From a virus: 64,000 nt of DNA. Where the stretch lies: the IMG/VR virus record IMGVR_UViG_3300042541_003876, positions 13,742 through 77,741 of that record; one strand, written 5' to 3'. Below are positions 9,390-18,998 of this stretch, piece by piece. The notes below the pieces were generated by a model. It saw only the letters and a list, made by a program, of their open reading frames with translations. It had not been told where the DNA came from and searched no databases. The position numbers were made by a program, and so were the translations under genes. Positions within the stretch are counted from its first letter, which is position 1; each line of letters opens with the position of its first letter.

Positions 9390-10392
9390 CTCAGGATTTA
9401 CAAAAAGAGACGATATTCAATTACTTCCAAATGGTTTGCATCCAGGAGTAATTTATGCAGTCTGCGGAATAGGAACTCATATGGAGTCTTTCAATGGTCA
9501 ACCACCAAGAGAAATGAATAAAATCCATATTGGTATTGAGTTTCCTCAGATAAAACAAATGTTTTATATGGAAGATACTGTACCACGCTCTACCGTTGGT
9601 TCATTGGAAGGTGCTTTTGCAATGACAGCTAAATCCAAACTTAAAGCACTTGTAGAAGCTGTTAGAGGTGTAGCGTTTAATACAGAACAAGAAGCAAGCA
9701 ATTATGATATAAGTCAGTTACTTGGTTGTAAAGTACTTTGTAATATGACTACCATTGCCAGACAAAACGGAAAAGGAAATTATAATAAGATTCTGAATTT
9801 TGCTCCATTAGGTACTTATCCATTACCTCCGAATTTCAATCCTGAAAATGAATATAATTTATTTGTAGTAGATGCTGCCGGAGAAAATTTCAAAACAACC
9901 AATTATGCAAATCTTCCAAATTGGTTAAAAAAGACAATTATGGAAAGTGTCGAAGCAAAAAAATATGCTTCAAAAGGTGGTGCATTTGCTAAAAAACCAG
10001 ATGCACAACAAAATGGTAAATCTCAACAACCAGTTCAACAACAATTGCAACATCAAGCGGGACAACCGGTTCCTCAACAACAGCAAGTTCCCCAACAACA
10101 AATTCCACCGGTAACTCAGAAAACATTTGTTCTTACAAATCCTGATTATACAATGGAACAATGGAGACATGCCGGATGGAATGAAGAAGCTTTGGTTGCT
10201 GCGGGTCATGCAAGATGGGATATGCCACTTGCGCCAGCAAGCGCACCACAACCACAAGCCCCTCCAGCCTTACCTCCACAACAGACTTCACAACCTCCGG
10301 TTCAACAGATGCCACAACAAGCACAACCACAAGGACCACCACAAATACCAGATTCTCAATTTGTTGATGAAGATGATGATTTACCCTATTAA
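9316..10392 (+). CDS. single-stranded DNA-binding protein (NGO0469/DUF669-like OB fold)
   Basis: N-domain with GLHPGVIYAVCGIGTH...KIHIGIEF, a long Q/P-rich linker and the acidic tail FVDEDDDLPY. Confidence 0.8.
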   Translation: MSNTNVNYVAPMGAMTTPMIAPESSSGFTKRDDIQLLPNGLHPGVIYAVCGIGTHMESFNGQPPREMNKIHIGIEFPQIKQMFYMEDTVPRSTVGSLEGAFAMTAKSKLKALVEAVRGVAFNTEQEASNYDISQLLGCKVLCNMTTIARQNGKGNYNKILNFAPLGTYPLPPNFNPENEYNLFVVDAAGENFKTTNYANLPNWLKKTIMESVEAKKYASKGGAFAKKPDAQQNGKSQQPVQQQLQHQAGQPVPQQQQVPQQQIPPVTQKTFVLTNPDYTMEQWRHAGWNEEALVAAGHARWDMPLAPASAPQPQAPPALPPQQTSQPPVQQMPQQAQPQGPPQIPDSQFVDEDDDLPY

Positions 10393-10437
10393 ATTAGAGT
10401 TTGGTAGAAAGAAATATATCTTACCACCACCAAGTAG

Positions 10438-10830
10438 ATGAAATCATTCACAATGAAAGTAGAAGGAGATAAAATCAAATTCTTAGACAAAGAAGATAAA
10501 GCCGCTTTTCAGCGGCTTCTTTTTCAATTTGAAAAGAAAGGACATAAAACCTACATATTGACTGTTGATGTTTCAACAGATTCAATTAGCGAAAAACAAG
10601 AAAAATTGTTTGAAGTTTTAGTTAACAAGGTAGCGGATGCTTCCGGTCAAGATAAAAGTGATATTGAAGAAACATTAATTAAGAATTATGGTAACGGGAA
10701 AAACATTAAAGATTTTTCCAAAGAAGAATTTCAGAATTTCATAGAACTTACTTCTGCTTTTTCAATAGACTTTTTCGGGTTCTCAATTAATTTTGACAGT
10801 AAAGGGCACGTTCAAATAAATAAAATCTAA
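10438..10830 (+). CDS. NinB-like recombination protein
   Basis: Pattern SEKQEKLF...VADASG...IEETL...FSKEEFQNFIE. Confidence 0.55.
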   Translation: MKSFTMKVEGDKIKFLDKEDKAAFQRLLFQFEKKGHKTYILTVDVSTDSISEKQEKLFEVLVNKVADASGQDKSDIEETLIKNYGNGKNIKDFSKEEFQNFIELTSAFSIDFFGFSINFDSKGHVQINKI

Positions 10831-11046
10831 ATGTATGTTTACACCGTAATAATCACAATCTGTAAAGTAGGTGCAATTTGGGCGCGTACTATTGTTTTTA
10901 GAAAAACATTCCAATCGATATCAACCGTAGTTTTTATGGTCATGATAATTCACATTAACCAAATAAAATCAAAATCCACATTAATTTATGAAGAAAAACG
11001 AAGAAAGAATAACGAAGTTTTCTCCAGATCAAATTCTGGCTCTTGA
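10831..11046 (+). CDS. small hydrophobic hypothetical protein
   Basis: Starts immediately after the previous stop and has two hydrophobic stretches. Confidence 0.4.
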   Translation: MYVYTVIITICKVGAIWARTIVFRKTFQSISTVVFMVMIIHINQIKSKSTLIYEEKRRKNNEVFSRSNSGS

Positions 11047-12460
11047 GAGAATTGAGGAATTCAGAAAACAACCCATAGTCAAGAATGACGTTAATTCAAG
11101 AGTAATGGTTATTATCGGCGCCGCTGGCGTCGGTAAAACCACTCTTATTAAATATGGTTTGGAGGACTTAATTGCAAAAGATACAGAAAAAGAGTATGAT
11201 GATGAACAAGTAGATGGTGGTTTATTTTCTTCTACACCAGAAGTTATAGGAGTATGTTTAGCACATCAAGCAAAAAAGAATCTTAGAAAATCACTTCCAC
11301 ATACAAAAACTTTTGCTTCATTTTTCGGCATGAAAGAAACTCATGGCGATGAAGGACAAAAAAAATTTGAAGTTGATGAATATGCGCTTAGGTTTGCATT
11401 ATGTAAAGCAGATTTATCATTTGTTGTACACGACGAAGTCTCTATGTATGATATTGATATGATCAATATTATTTTGAAAGAAACTAATCCAAGAACTAAA
11501 ATCATTTTAATGGGTGATGCATGTCAATTACCCCCAATTAATACAGTTGGTGATGATGATAGTCCTGCTTTCGAAATGTTTACTAATGTAGTCGAATTAA
11601 CTAAACGTCATCGTCAAGAAGAAGAAAATCCACTTCTTGAATTATCAGATATTTTAAGAGAAGAAATTCGTGGAAAACAAAATGTGAAACGAGTTTTAGA
11701 AGCGATGAAAAATAATAACATTGTTAATGGAAAAGGTTTTAGAAATGTTTTTTATAGAGATTTTCTGAAAGATTATAAGTCGATTACTTCCAATTATAAA
11801 GAAGCAAAATTAATTGCTTACCGTCGTGCAACAGTTCAAGATTATAATATCAAAATTCGTAATTATCTTTATCCTACCGCTGATCAAATTTATATTCCAG
11901 GAGAAATAATTTACATGAATGATACTTTTAGGCAAGAAAAAAGTGAGCCGATAAATCCTGATGACCATTTGGATGAAATCATTAAAAAGAAACAGGCTCC
12001 TGCAGAATATTACTGTTACAATTCCGATGAATATGTCATCAATACAGTTGAAACAGGTTTTGTTGAAGGAGTAAAGATTTATAAAATCTATTTTGATAAG
12101 TCGGATCGTCCGGATATCGCCGTAGAAAAACCTTATTTTCCAATGCTTCATCCATCAGGAGTAACTAAGTACAATGAAACTTTTTATTATCGTCGTGGAA
12201 AAGCTTTAAATGAGTTTGACAGAAAAAAGAAAAAAGGTTATTGGAAATGGTTTTATATTTTCAAGAATCAGTTTGGTGATTGTTCTTATGCTTATGCATT
12301 AACAGGTCACAAAGCTCAAGGAAGCGGATATAAATACGTTTATGTTGATGTAAGCGATATACTTACCGTTGGTCCAATTTCGGACAAAAGAAAGCTCCAA
12401 GCAATCTATACAGGAATGACAAGAGCAACAGATATCGTATTATTTTTAAAATCAAAATAA
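10988..12460 (+). CDS. SF1B helicase, Dda/RecD-like
   Basis: Motifs GAAGVGKTT, DEVSM, GDACQLPP, YALTGHKAQGS and YTGMTRA. Confidence 0.93.
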   Translation: MKKNEERITKFSPDQILALERIEEFRKQPIVKNDVNSRVMVIIGAAGVGKTTLIKYGLEDLIAKDTEKEYDDEQVDGGLFSSTPEVIGVCLAHQAKKNLRKSLPHTKTFASFFGMKETHGDEGQKKFEVDEYALRFALCKADLSFVVHDEVSMYDIDMINIILKETNPRTKIILMGDACQLPPINTVGDDDSPAFEMFTNVVELTKRHRQEEENPLLELSDILREEIRGKQNVKRVLEAMKNNNIVNGKGFRNVFYRDFLKDYKSITSNYKEAKLIAYRRATVQDYNIKIRNYLYPTADQIYIPGEIIYMNDTFRQEKSEPINPDDHLDEIIKKKQAPAEYYCYNSDEYVINTVETGFVEGVKIYKIYFDKSDRPDIAVEKPYFPMLHPSGVTKYNETFYYRRGKALNEFDRKKKKGYWKWFYIFKNQFGDCSYAYALTGHKAQGSGYKYVYVDVSDILTVGPISDKRKLQAIYTGMTRATDIVLFLKSK

Positions 12461-12747
12461 TGAATAAAAAAAGTCAAGAAGAAATTTTTCAGGAAACCTG
12501 GGATAATTCAGAATTTAATGTTTTTAAGTATAAAAAAAAAGGTGGTAAAATAACCACAAAAAACGAAAGTTTTTTTCTTACCCCACTTCTTAAGAAAAAC
12601 AAATTGTATACTTGGGAAAAGATTAATCGCGAAGCAACTTTGATTGTTGATGGGAAATCAGAACTTTCCTCAAAAGCGAGAGGTGTTATTGATCATGTTC
12701 ACACTCATGTTCTTATTATGTATCAAAAACAATTCAATGGAGAATAG
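12460..12747 (+). CDS. hypothetical protein
   Basis: 95-aa ORF with a TAATG overlap with the helicase. Confidence 0.7.
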   Translation: MNKKSQEEIFQETWDNSEFNVFKYKKKGGKITTKNESFFLTPLLKKNKLYTWEKINREATLIVDGKSELSSKARGVIDHVHTHVLIMYQKQFNGE

Positions 12748-13621
12748 TGAGTTTATTCAATTTGAAATAAAAGCTTCGTCTCATACGAATGCTATTTTAG
12801 ATACTGGAAAGATTGCCTTATTCGATGCAGATTTTTTCAAATATCACGCTACATATAAAAGATTCAAAGAAATTGAATCAGATAAGCAAGCAGGAAGATT
12901 TCCGATATTTGAAAAAGAATTGCCAATCCTGAGAATAGTTAAAAGTATGCTTGCAACATATTTGCTGAAAATTAAGGATCCTATTATTTTTTGTTTTTCT
13001 GGAAGTTCCAAAAATACTTTTCGTGCGCATTGTGCTGTTGAAAAAGAATACAAAGGAAACCGTAACAAAACTGAGGATAAGTATGATTACGATGGAAAGA
13101 TGAATGATATTTTTACTTTAATGAAATTCATTAAGGAAAATTATATGTCATTGCTTTTCGAAGATTTAGAAGCAGATGATATTGTTGCGGTACTGCAGGA
13201 TGAAAATACCTATATTATTTCTCAGGATAAAGATTTAAAACAAGTTCCTGGATTTCATTATAATTTTGGAAACAATACCATTGAGGAAGTCACAAAAGAT
13301 CAGTCAATGTACAATCTGATGTTCCAGATGATTAAAGGAGATACCACGGATAATATCGCAGGTATTCCGGGCGCCGGAGAAAAAAAAGCAATTACTGTAC
13401 TTTCAGAAGTAAGACCACCTAAATATATTAGTAGGGTTTTATTTGAATACCAGTCTAAATTTGGATTAATGGAAGGAACAGACCGATTTGTTGAATCGTG
13501 GAATTTGATAAAAATGAGAATGAATAGAGGTGTTCATTTTCGTTCCAAATACCATCGAATGTTTGACCTCAAAGAATTACTCATTAATCAATTAAAACAA
13601 GAAAAAAAGATAAAGAGTTGA
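12737..13621 (+). CDS. 5'-3' exonuclease / flap endonuclease (T7 gp6/T5 D15-like)
   Basis: Motifs FDAD, YKGNR, EADD, SQDKDLKQVPG and GDTTDNIAGIPGAGEKKA (H3TH). Confidence 0.93.
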   Translation: MENSEFIQFEIKASSHTNAILDTGKIALFDADFFKYHATYKRFKEIESDKQAGRFPIFEKELPILRIVKSMLATYLLKIKDPIIFCFSGSSKNTFRAHCAVEKEYKGNRNKTEDKYDYDGKMNDIFTLMKFIKENYMSLLFEDLEADDIVAVLQDENTYIISQDKDLKQVPGFHYNFGNNTIEEVTKDQSMYNLMFQMIKGDTTDNIAGIPGAGEKKAITVLSEVRPPKYISRVLFEYQSKFGLMEGTDRFVESWNLIKMRMNRGVHFRSKYHRMFDLKELLINQLKQEKKIKS

Positions 13622-13657
13622 AGTTATTTCAACTCTTTATCTTTTTTATTAAATTTG
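13603..13657 (+). promoter_or_regulatory. perfect 20-bp-stem hairpin/terminator containing the TTGAAGTTATTTCA box, followed by a TAAATTTG -7 element
   Basis: AAAAAAGATAAAGAGTTGAA-gttat-TTCAACTCTTTATCTTTTTT (13603-13647). Box at 13618-13631, 18-nt gap, TAAATTTG at 13650-13657. Confidence 0.65.
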
Positions 13658-13682
13658 TCTAATAATTAAAAATCAAAAAATT

Positions 13683-14912
13683 ATGTCAGAAACTAAAAAC
13701 GCCTTGGAAGTAGAAGTAATCATTCCAAAGGAAGTTCTTGAAAATAACGAAGGACTAAAAAAAATGTACGATGAAAAGAAAAAATCTTTATCATATGTCA
13801 TGGGAGCAGAAACTACAAAACAACTTAAAGATTACATTTCAGATGTAGTAAAAAGTTCTACTTCTGAAGAACTTGCTTTGTTCAATCCAGTATTTAGCGC
13901 TATCAGTTTTATTCAAAATTTCCGTTCCCTTAAATGGAATCCGGAAAAGAAAAATGAAAAAGAATATACTCAAGCAAAAACAATACTGGGTAAATTCAAT
14001 ACTGCAATTAAAACAACTGCGTCAGAAATTAAGAAACCGAGAAATGAATACAATAAAAAAGTTATTCAGCTTGAGAAACTTCTTAATGAAGAAAGCGCAA
14101 ATGTTCGGGCAGCTTTGGATAAAAACTTTGATGAACTGCTTAAAGAAAAGTTAGCAAAAGTAGAAGCTGCTAATGCTAAAAAAGATGCGGTGAAAGACGG
14201 TCAGATTGCGGAACTTTCTGCTGAAAACACAAAGAATACTGAATTACTTACTAATCAGAAAATAACTACAAGAAAATTAGAAATTGATAATATTATTGCA
14301 AAAGTTGTTATCGATGTTACGGGTAAATTAGATTCTTTAAATGAAGAGGGATTAGATAAATTACGAGTAGAAGTTTTGGATAAAAAATTAGGAGACACTG
14401 ATACTCCGGATGTAACTTTTTCAGTCGAAGAAAAAACAAAGTACAGGAAAGATTTTGCAACTCAGGTTTTAGCTGCTATCAAATTAATTGATGATAAAAA
14501 GCAAAACCTTTCTCTTACATCAACTAATGCAAACCTGGAGACTGAAAATAAAGTTTTGAAAGCAAATACACCATCGGCTTTTGTAGACGATGAAGATGAT
14601 ATGCCTTTCGAAATTACTACAGCAACACCAATTACTCCACAGCCAATTGCGCAACCGGTTCTGGTTACAGATGCTGATAAACTTTCATTAGTTGCTCAAC
14701 TGATTGATGAAACTAATACTGCACTTATCAATGCTGTTTCTACTATCAATAATTTAGAATTTGAAGATCCATCACTTCAATCTATTCAAAGAAAATTGGT
14801 AGATGTATCTATGAAAAACATTCTTGACTGGACGGATAAAACAAATATTTGGACGGCCAAAAAGAAAGAAGCATATATTAATCACATTAATTCTTTACAA
14901 AATGAACTTTAA
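13683..14912 (+). CDS. long coiled-coil protein, DUF1351-like
   Basis: LGKFNTAIKTTASEIKKPRNEYNKKV motif, heptad-rich sequence and an internal FVDDEDDMPF. Confidence 0.65.
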   Translation: MSETKNALEVEVIIPKEVLENNEGLKKMYDEKKKSLSYVMGAETTKQLKDYISDVVKSSTSEELALFNPVFSAISFIQNFRSLKWNPEKKNEKEYTQAKTILGKFNTAIKTTASEIKKPRNEYNKKVIQLEKLLNEESANVRAALDKNFDELLKEKLAKVEAANAKKDAVKDGQIAELSAENTKNTELLTNQKITTRKLEIDNIIAKVVIDVTGKLDSLNEEGLDKLRVEVLDKKLGDTDTPDVTFSVEEKTKYRKDFATQVLAAIKLIDDKKQNLSLTSTNANLETENKVLKANTPSAFVDDEDDMPFEITTATPITPQPIAQPVLVTDADKLSLVAQLIDETNTALINAVSTINNLEFEDPSLQSIQRKLVDVSMKNILDWTDKTNIWTAKKKEAYINHINSLQNEL

Positions 14913-15555
14913 GCTACCAAAACTTCAAGTATTTTTAAATGGAGACAAAAAAACCGATGAAACTGATGCTACAAAAAACATTCATGTTATCGGTGGTCAT
15001 GCTATTGTAAGCAATGACATTATTGCAATTGTTAATCTTCGTGAATATGTCAAACGAGAATTAAAAATCAATGACGATAATGATTTGCAAGAGTTGTCCC
15101 AAATTATTGATTGGATGAATTATAAGTCATTCACAAAAGAATTTTGGAGCGAACTTACTTCCGAAAAAATTGTTTCATTATTAGATGATGGTTTGGAAAT
15201 TACTCACCAGAGTTATACTAAACATCTGAATTATCTTGATAATGATGCAGATCCTGAAAGAGCTTATCAACTTACAAAAGATAATATCAATCGCAATGAA
15301 ATTGAAATGTCAAGATTTGCATTATCAGGAGAGCATCTGAGTTTAATATCAAAAGGCTTTGCTTCTGAAATGAAAGGAGATAATCTCATTTTTAAATTGT
15401 CAGGAACAGGAAACGCGATCATGTTTTCTCTTCAGAGAAGAGATTATATATTTGGTGTTATTCCTGAACATTTCGATTCATCAATGGACCTTGCCGCTTT
15501 CATTACTTCGGAAGGTTTGTTTGAGTTGCTTCGAGCAAAAGAATTTAATCAATAA
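14902..15555 (+). CDS. putative sliding-clamp-fold (DnaN-like, truncated) protein
   Basis: NIHVIGGHAIVSND at the N-terminus and FALSGEHL...LIFKLSG...AIMF...IFGVIP at the C-terminus resemble beta-clamp domain patterns. Weak similarity. Confidence 0.45.
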   Translation: MNFKLPKLQVFLNGDKKTDETDATKNIHVIGGHAIVSNDIIAIVNLREYVKRELKINDDNDLQELSQIIDWMNYKSFTKEFWSELTSEKIVSLLDDGLEITHQSYTKHLNYLDNDADPERAYQLTKDNINRNEIEMSRFALSGEHLSLISKGFASEMKGDNLIFKLSGTGNAIMFSLQRRDYIFGVIPEHFDSSMDLAAFITSEGLFELLRAKEFNQ

Positions 15556-15563
15556 CTTTTAAA

Positions 15564-15590
15564 GGCGGTCTTAGTGCCGCCATTTTTTTT
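15564..15590 (+). terminator. intrinsic terminator
   Basis: GGCGG-tcttagtg-CCGCC followed by ATTTTTTTT. Confidence 0.75.
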
Positions 15591-15593
15591 ATT

Positions 15594-16253
15594 ATGGCAA
15601 CTGAAATAAACATGACCGAAGTCTATTTTGAATGGTGGTTAAAAGAACTTCAAGCAAAAGGGTTGGTATTATATTATGAAAGAGAACCTCAAAGTTTTGT
15701 GTTGACGAATCCGGTTCAAATCTTTTACAATCAATTCAAAGCAACTAAAGAGATTATAAAATCTTTTGAATTATATTCACCATTAACATACACTCCTGAT
15801 TATAAAGTAGTGATTTCCGAAAAACTAAAAAATAGATTATTCGGTGTTGTTTCAAAGGAACAGCAGATTTTAGAAGATGAGGATTTTAACGAAATAGGTT
15901 CTGCTTATCAAAATACTATTTTCTATACTGAGTCGCTTCAAAAATCTAAAGATTATCCAGGTTGCTATGAAATATGGTTTGATGTAAAAGCACCGAATGC
16001 TGCATCAAATGTTAATCCTCGTTTAACATCTACCAGAGATTTTAAATACGTCTCTCGTTTGATGTTTGACACTCATGGAATAGTCGTTAATAAAGTCGTT
16101 CCTATTGGAATGAAAACGTGTTTATTTGGTAAAACATTTATGCCAAAAAGATATAGGTACACGGATATTTCCGGACAGCTTAGAAAATTAAAAGATTATG
16201 AATCTGGCTTTCGTAATCTTGAACAGTATTTAGAAATCAAAAAAGTAATTTAA
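15594..16253 (+). CDS. PD-(D/E)XK nuclease (DUF1064-like; possible Holliday junction resolvase)
   Basis: E(VYF)...YEREPQSF...YTPDY...WFDVK. Confidence 0.7.
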   Translation: MATEINMTEVYFEWWLKELQAKGLVLYYEREPQSFVLTNPVQIFYNQFKATKEIIKSFELYSPLTYTPDYKVVISEKLKNRLFGVVSKEQQILEDEDFNEIGSAYQNTIFYTESLQKSKDYPGCYEIWFDVKAPNAASNVNPRLTSTRDFKYVSRLMFDTHGIVVNKVVPIGMKTCLFGKTFMPKRYRYTDISGQLRKLKDYESGFRNLEQYLEIKKVI

Positions 16254-16271
16254 TTTTAAAAATCAAAAAAA

Positions 16272-16907
16272 ATGCAATTATCAAAAGTATTATTATTAGG
16301 ACTTTCACACTTTTCAATTGATGTGAAACAAACAGAAACCAAAGTTACTGTGGTCTTTTCTCCAAAAACAACTGTTACCGATCCTGCGGTAAAAGATTTA
16401 AAACCATTAATTATTAACTTTGATTCTCCGGAAGAAATGGATGAGAAATTTGTGGAAATGATTACTGGGCCAGTTCAAAAAACAGTTCAGTTGTTTACGG
16501 GTATCGAAGATTACGAAAAACAATTAGCAGCAACCGCCAAGAAAACCAAAGAAGCTGATGCTGAGAAAAAAGCAAACAGTACCGCGGCGGCGAGTAAAAA
16601 AGCAGCAGATGCAAAGAAAAAAGAAGAGGTTGCAAAAGCAACTCCTACTTTAGAATTTACTGAAGAAACTCCAGTGGAAAAACCTGCAGAAGTAGAAACT
16701 AAAAAAACAGCACCGGAATTAATCAAGGAAATATCTGATAAAAATAAAGCTGAAGTTCCGGTTGTTGAGGAAGCAAAAGTCGAAGAGGAAATCATTCAGA
16801 CTCATTCTTACGACAATGAAGATGTTGTTGATGCAACAGACCAAGAGCAGGAAGAGGAAGAAAATCAAGAAGATTTATTTTCATCAGTTCCGGATTTATT
16901 TTCTTAA
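16272..16907 (+). CDS. PRTRC system protein E
   Basis: KPLII..SPEEMDEKFVEMITGPVQKTVQLFTGIEDYEKQL motif, then a low-complexity charged tail. Position upstream of the Ubl fits the cassette. Confidence 0.85.
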   Translation: MQLSKVLLLGLSHFSIDVKQTETKVTVVFSPKTTVTDPAVKDLKPLIINFDSPEEMDEKFVEMITGPVQKTVQLFTGIEDYEKQLAATAKKTKEADAEKKANSTAAASKKAADAKKKEEVAKATPTLEFTEETPVEKPAEVETKKTAPELIKEISDKNKAEVPVVEEAKVEEEIIQTHSYDNEDVVDATDQEQEEEENQEDLFSSVPDLFS

Positions 16908-16925
16908 TCATTAAATATTTATAAA

Positions 16926-17147
16926 ATGGCTACAGTACAAGCAATTACCAGAAAGTTCTCATTAAAAGTAAATGGAAACACTATAGAGTTAGATGATCCA
17001 AATCCGGAATTATCTACAGACGAAGTAAAAGATATTTTGTCTAATCATTACCCTCAATTATTAAATTCAACTATTAGTGACAAAGGTCTTTCAGATAACG
17101 GAGACCACACTTTTGAATTTATTACTGTTGCAGGAACAAAAGGATAA
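16926..17147 (+). CDS. prokaryotic ubiquitin-like protein (PRTRC protein C)
   Basis: RKF...LDDPNPELSTDEVKDILSNHYPQLLNS...FEFITVAGTKG, 73 aa, ending in Gly. Confidence 0.93.
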   Translation: MATVQAITRKFSLKVNGNTIELDDPNPELSTDEVKDILSNHYPQLLNSTISDKGLSDNGDHTFEFITVAGTKG

Positions 17148-17150
17148 AAT

Positions 17151-17354
17151 ATGAATGCAAAACAGTTTTTAAAATTCTGTAAAGAAAGAGGGGTCGGTAA
17201 CGATCCCTCTTTTTCTATTGGAAAAGTAAAAAAAGAGAATTCCAATATTATAAACTTAATGTCTTCAATATGCAAAACTCAAAAAAATCAATCGGAACAC
17301 AACACATTCCAGGAGAAATTATACCAAGCAAAAACAAAAACTTTTTTGAGTTAA
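17151..17354 (+). CDS. small hypothetical protein within the PRTRC cassette
   Basis: 67-aa ORF starting 3 nt after the Ubl stop and overlapping the next gene. Confidence 0.6.
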   Translation: MNAKQFLKFCKERGVGNDPSFSIGKVKKENSNIINLMSSICKTQKNQSEHNTFQEKLYQAKTKTFLS

Positions 17355-18343
17355 CATCTTTGTTACCTCGAATTATTGTTCAAAATCAAAATGAAAAGAG
17401 TTTTGAATGGTATGTTTCTTATTGCGAATTACTTATTAAGATTTTAGAAAACTATAATCTTTTAGACCAAGTTGATTTTGAATTTGTAGAATATGATTCT
17501 ATAATAACATTAACAATAGAACTTGAACGAGTAGTACAACTTATTGAAGGCTGGACTGATGATACATCTCGTCATGATTATTCAGATGAACTTGCTGTTT
17601 CGATATACACTGAAGATTTCAAAAACAAAAAATTAAAAAACGTAACATTAGGATTTCCGGATTTAAACCCAGATTACATTTATGTTTATTATATAACACA
17701 ATTCCGAAAATTTAAAAGCCGAAAAATGAGAATCGGTTTTTGTCATTTTCTTCATCATTTTAAATACCTCACTCCATTACCATTATCTGATGATGCACTT
17801 TCCTATTACACTACTTTAGAAATGGAGTTAGATAATTATGAAGACTTTGATCCGGAAGAAATGCAAGATGACACTTTTGTTTCTGGTCTTTTTGATATGA
17901 AATCTTTACTTGAAACCAGAGAACCTATTTTGAAAAAAATATTTTCTGAGTTCAATGAATATTCTATTTCTTATTATTCAGAGTTCCTAAGTTACAATCC
18001 TCGGGATCCAGAATTAAAAAAAGTCAAAGAATCAATAATTTTCTGTGTAGATAACTTAAAAGGTTTTCATGAAAAATACGGATGTTCTTTTTATGGTGCC
18101 GATGAAGGTGGGATTCACTTTGAAGAAATGTTTAGGATTTTTCCTGAAAAAAATGGAATAGATGACTATGAAGTTGACAGTATTCAAATTAATGCTCAAA
18201 ATGGAGTCTTACCATTAGAGTCTTTTTTAACATTTAACAAAACAACTATAAATTTCGAAAAAAGAGAAAAATCAAAAAAGATTTTTAATGAATTATTACA
18301 TCACTTAATTGTAATTTCTGAATATTTTAATAAAGATGAATAA
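17270..18343 (+). CDS. acidic 357-aa protein at the position of PRTRC protein F
   Basis: Synteny between the Ubl and the E2. No catalytic motif recognised. Confidence 0.6.
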   Translation: MQNSKKSIGTQHIPGEIIPSKNKNFFELTSLLPRIIVQNQNEKSFEWYVSYCELLIKILENYNLLDQVDFEFVEYDSIITLTIELERVVQLIEGWTDDTSRHDYSDELAVSIYTEDFKNKKLKNVTLGFPDLNPDYIYVYYITQFRKFKSRKMRIGFCHFLHHFKYLTPLPLSDDALSYYTTLEMELDNYEDFDPEEMQDDTFVSGLFDMKSLLETREPILKKIFSEFNEYSISYYSEFLSYNPRDPELKKVKESIIFCVDNLKGFHEKYGCSFYGADEGGIHFEEMFRIFPEKNGIDDYEVDSIQINAQNGVLPLESFLTFNKTTINFEKREKSKKIFNELLHHLIVISEYFNKDE

Positions 18344-18998
18344 GAAAAAAAAAGAAGAAAAAACAGACCTTATTGGGGTAATATCTGTTTACGAGAATTT
18401 AGTTTTATACCATTCAAATAAAAATGGAGAGCTGTCTGCCGGTAAACTTTTAGATAAAGAATCAATGAAAAAGATTTTTAAATTTTTACAGACAGGTTCA
18501 GATTTGGTTTCATACAAATTTGAAGGAATGGTTCCGGAAAATGTTTTAAAATACAATTCCGATAACGGTGATCTTTTGTTTTACACAAAACCTCAACGTC
18601 GCACAATGATATTCAAAAAAGACCTTCCTGTGCAAACTGCAGAATATAATTTGCCTTATATCTTATGGCAATATACAAATGGAAGTCTTAAAGTTTTTTC
18701 CTTAAAATCAAAACCTAAAAACGAAAAAGATATTTTATACAATGCCCCTTTCTTTAACACTAATTCAAGCGGCCTTGTATGTATGGGAAATGTTAATTAT
18801 AAAAACAATACTGGCAAATTCAATGGCTTTATGGACCAGCTTCAAGAATTGTTTTTTAATTCAATTTTTAATGCAAGTCATAACAACAAAATGGCTACAG
18901 AAAACATCATTGATGTTTATGAAAAAGCAAAATCAAAAGATTTTAACTGGAATGAATATTTGGTTAAATCATCATATACTTTAAAAAACGTATTATGA
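18336..18998 (+). CDS. prokaryotic E2 family D (PRTRC protein B)
   Basis: GMVPENVL...LPYILW...LYNAPFFNTNSSGLVCMG (candidate catalytic Cys)...FFNSIFNASH. Confidence 0.9.
   Translation: MNKKKKEEKTDLIGVISVYENLVLYHSNKNGELSAGKLLDKESMKKIFKFLQTGSDLVSYKFEGMVPENVLKYNSDNGDLLFYTKPQRRTMIFKKDLPVQTAEYNLPYILWQYTNGSLKVFSLKSKPKNEKDILYNAPFFNTNSSGLVCMGNVNYKNNTGKFNGFMDQLQELFFNSIFNASHNNKMATENIIDVYEKAKSKDFNWNEYLVKSSYTLKNVL

Noticed and set aside
13666-16271. Repeated TTAAAAATCAAAAAA upstream of 13683 and 16272
   Set aside because: Low complexity and consistent with ordinary A-rich Bacteroidota translation-initiation regions.
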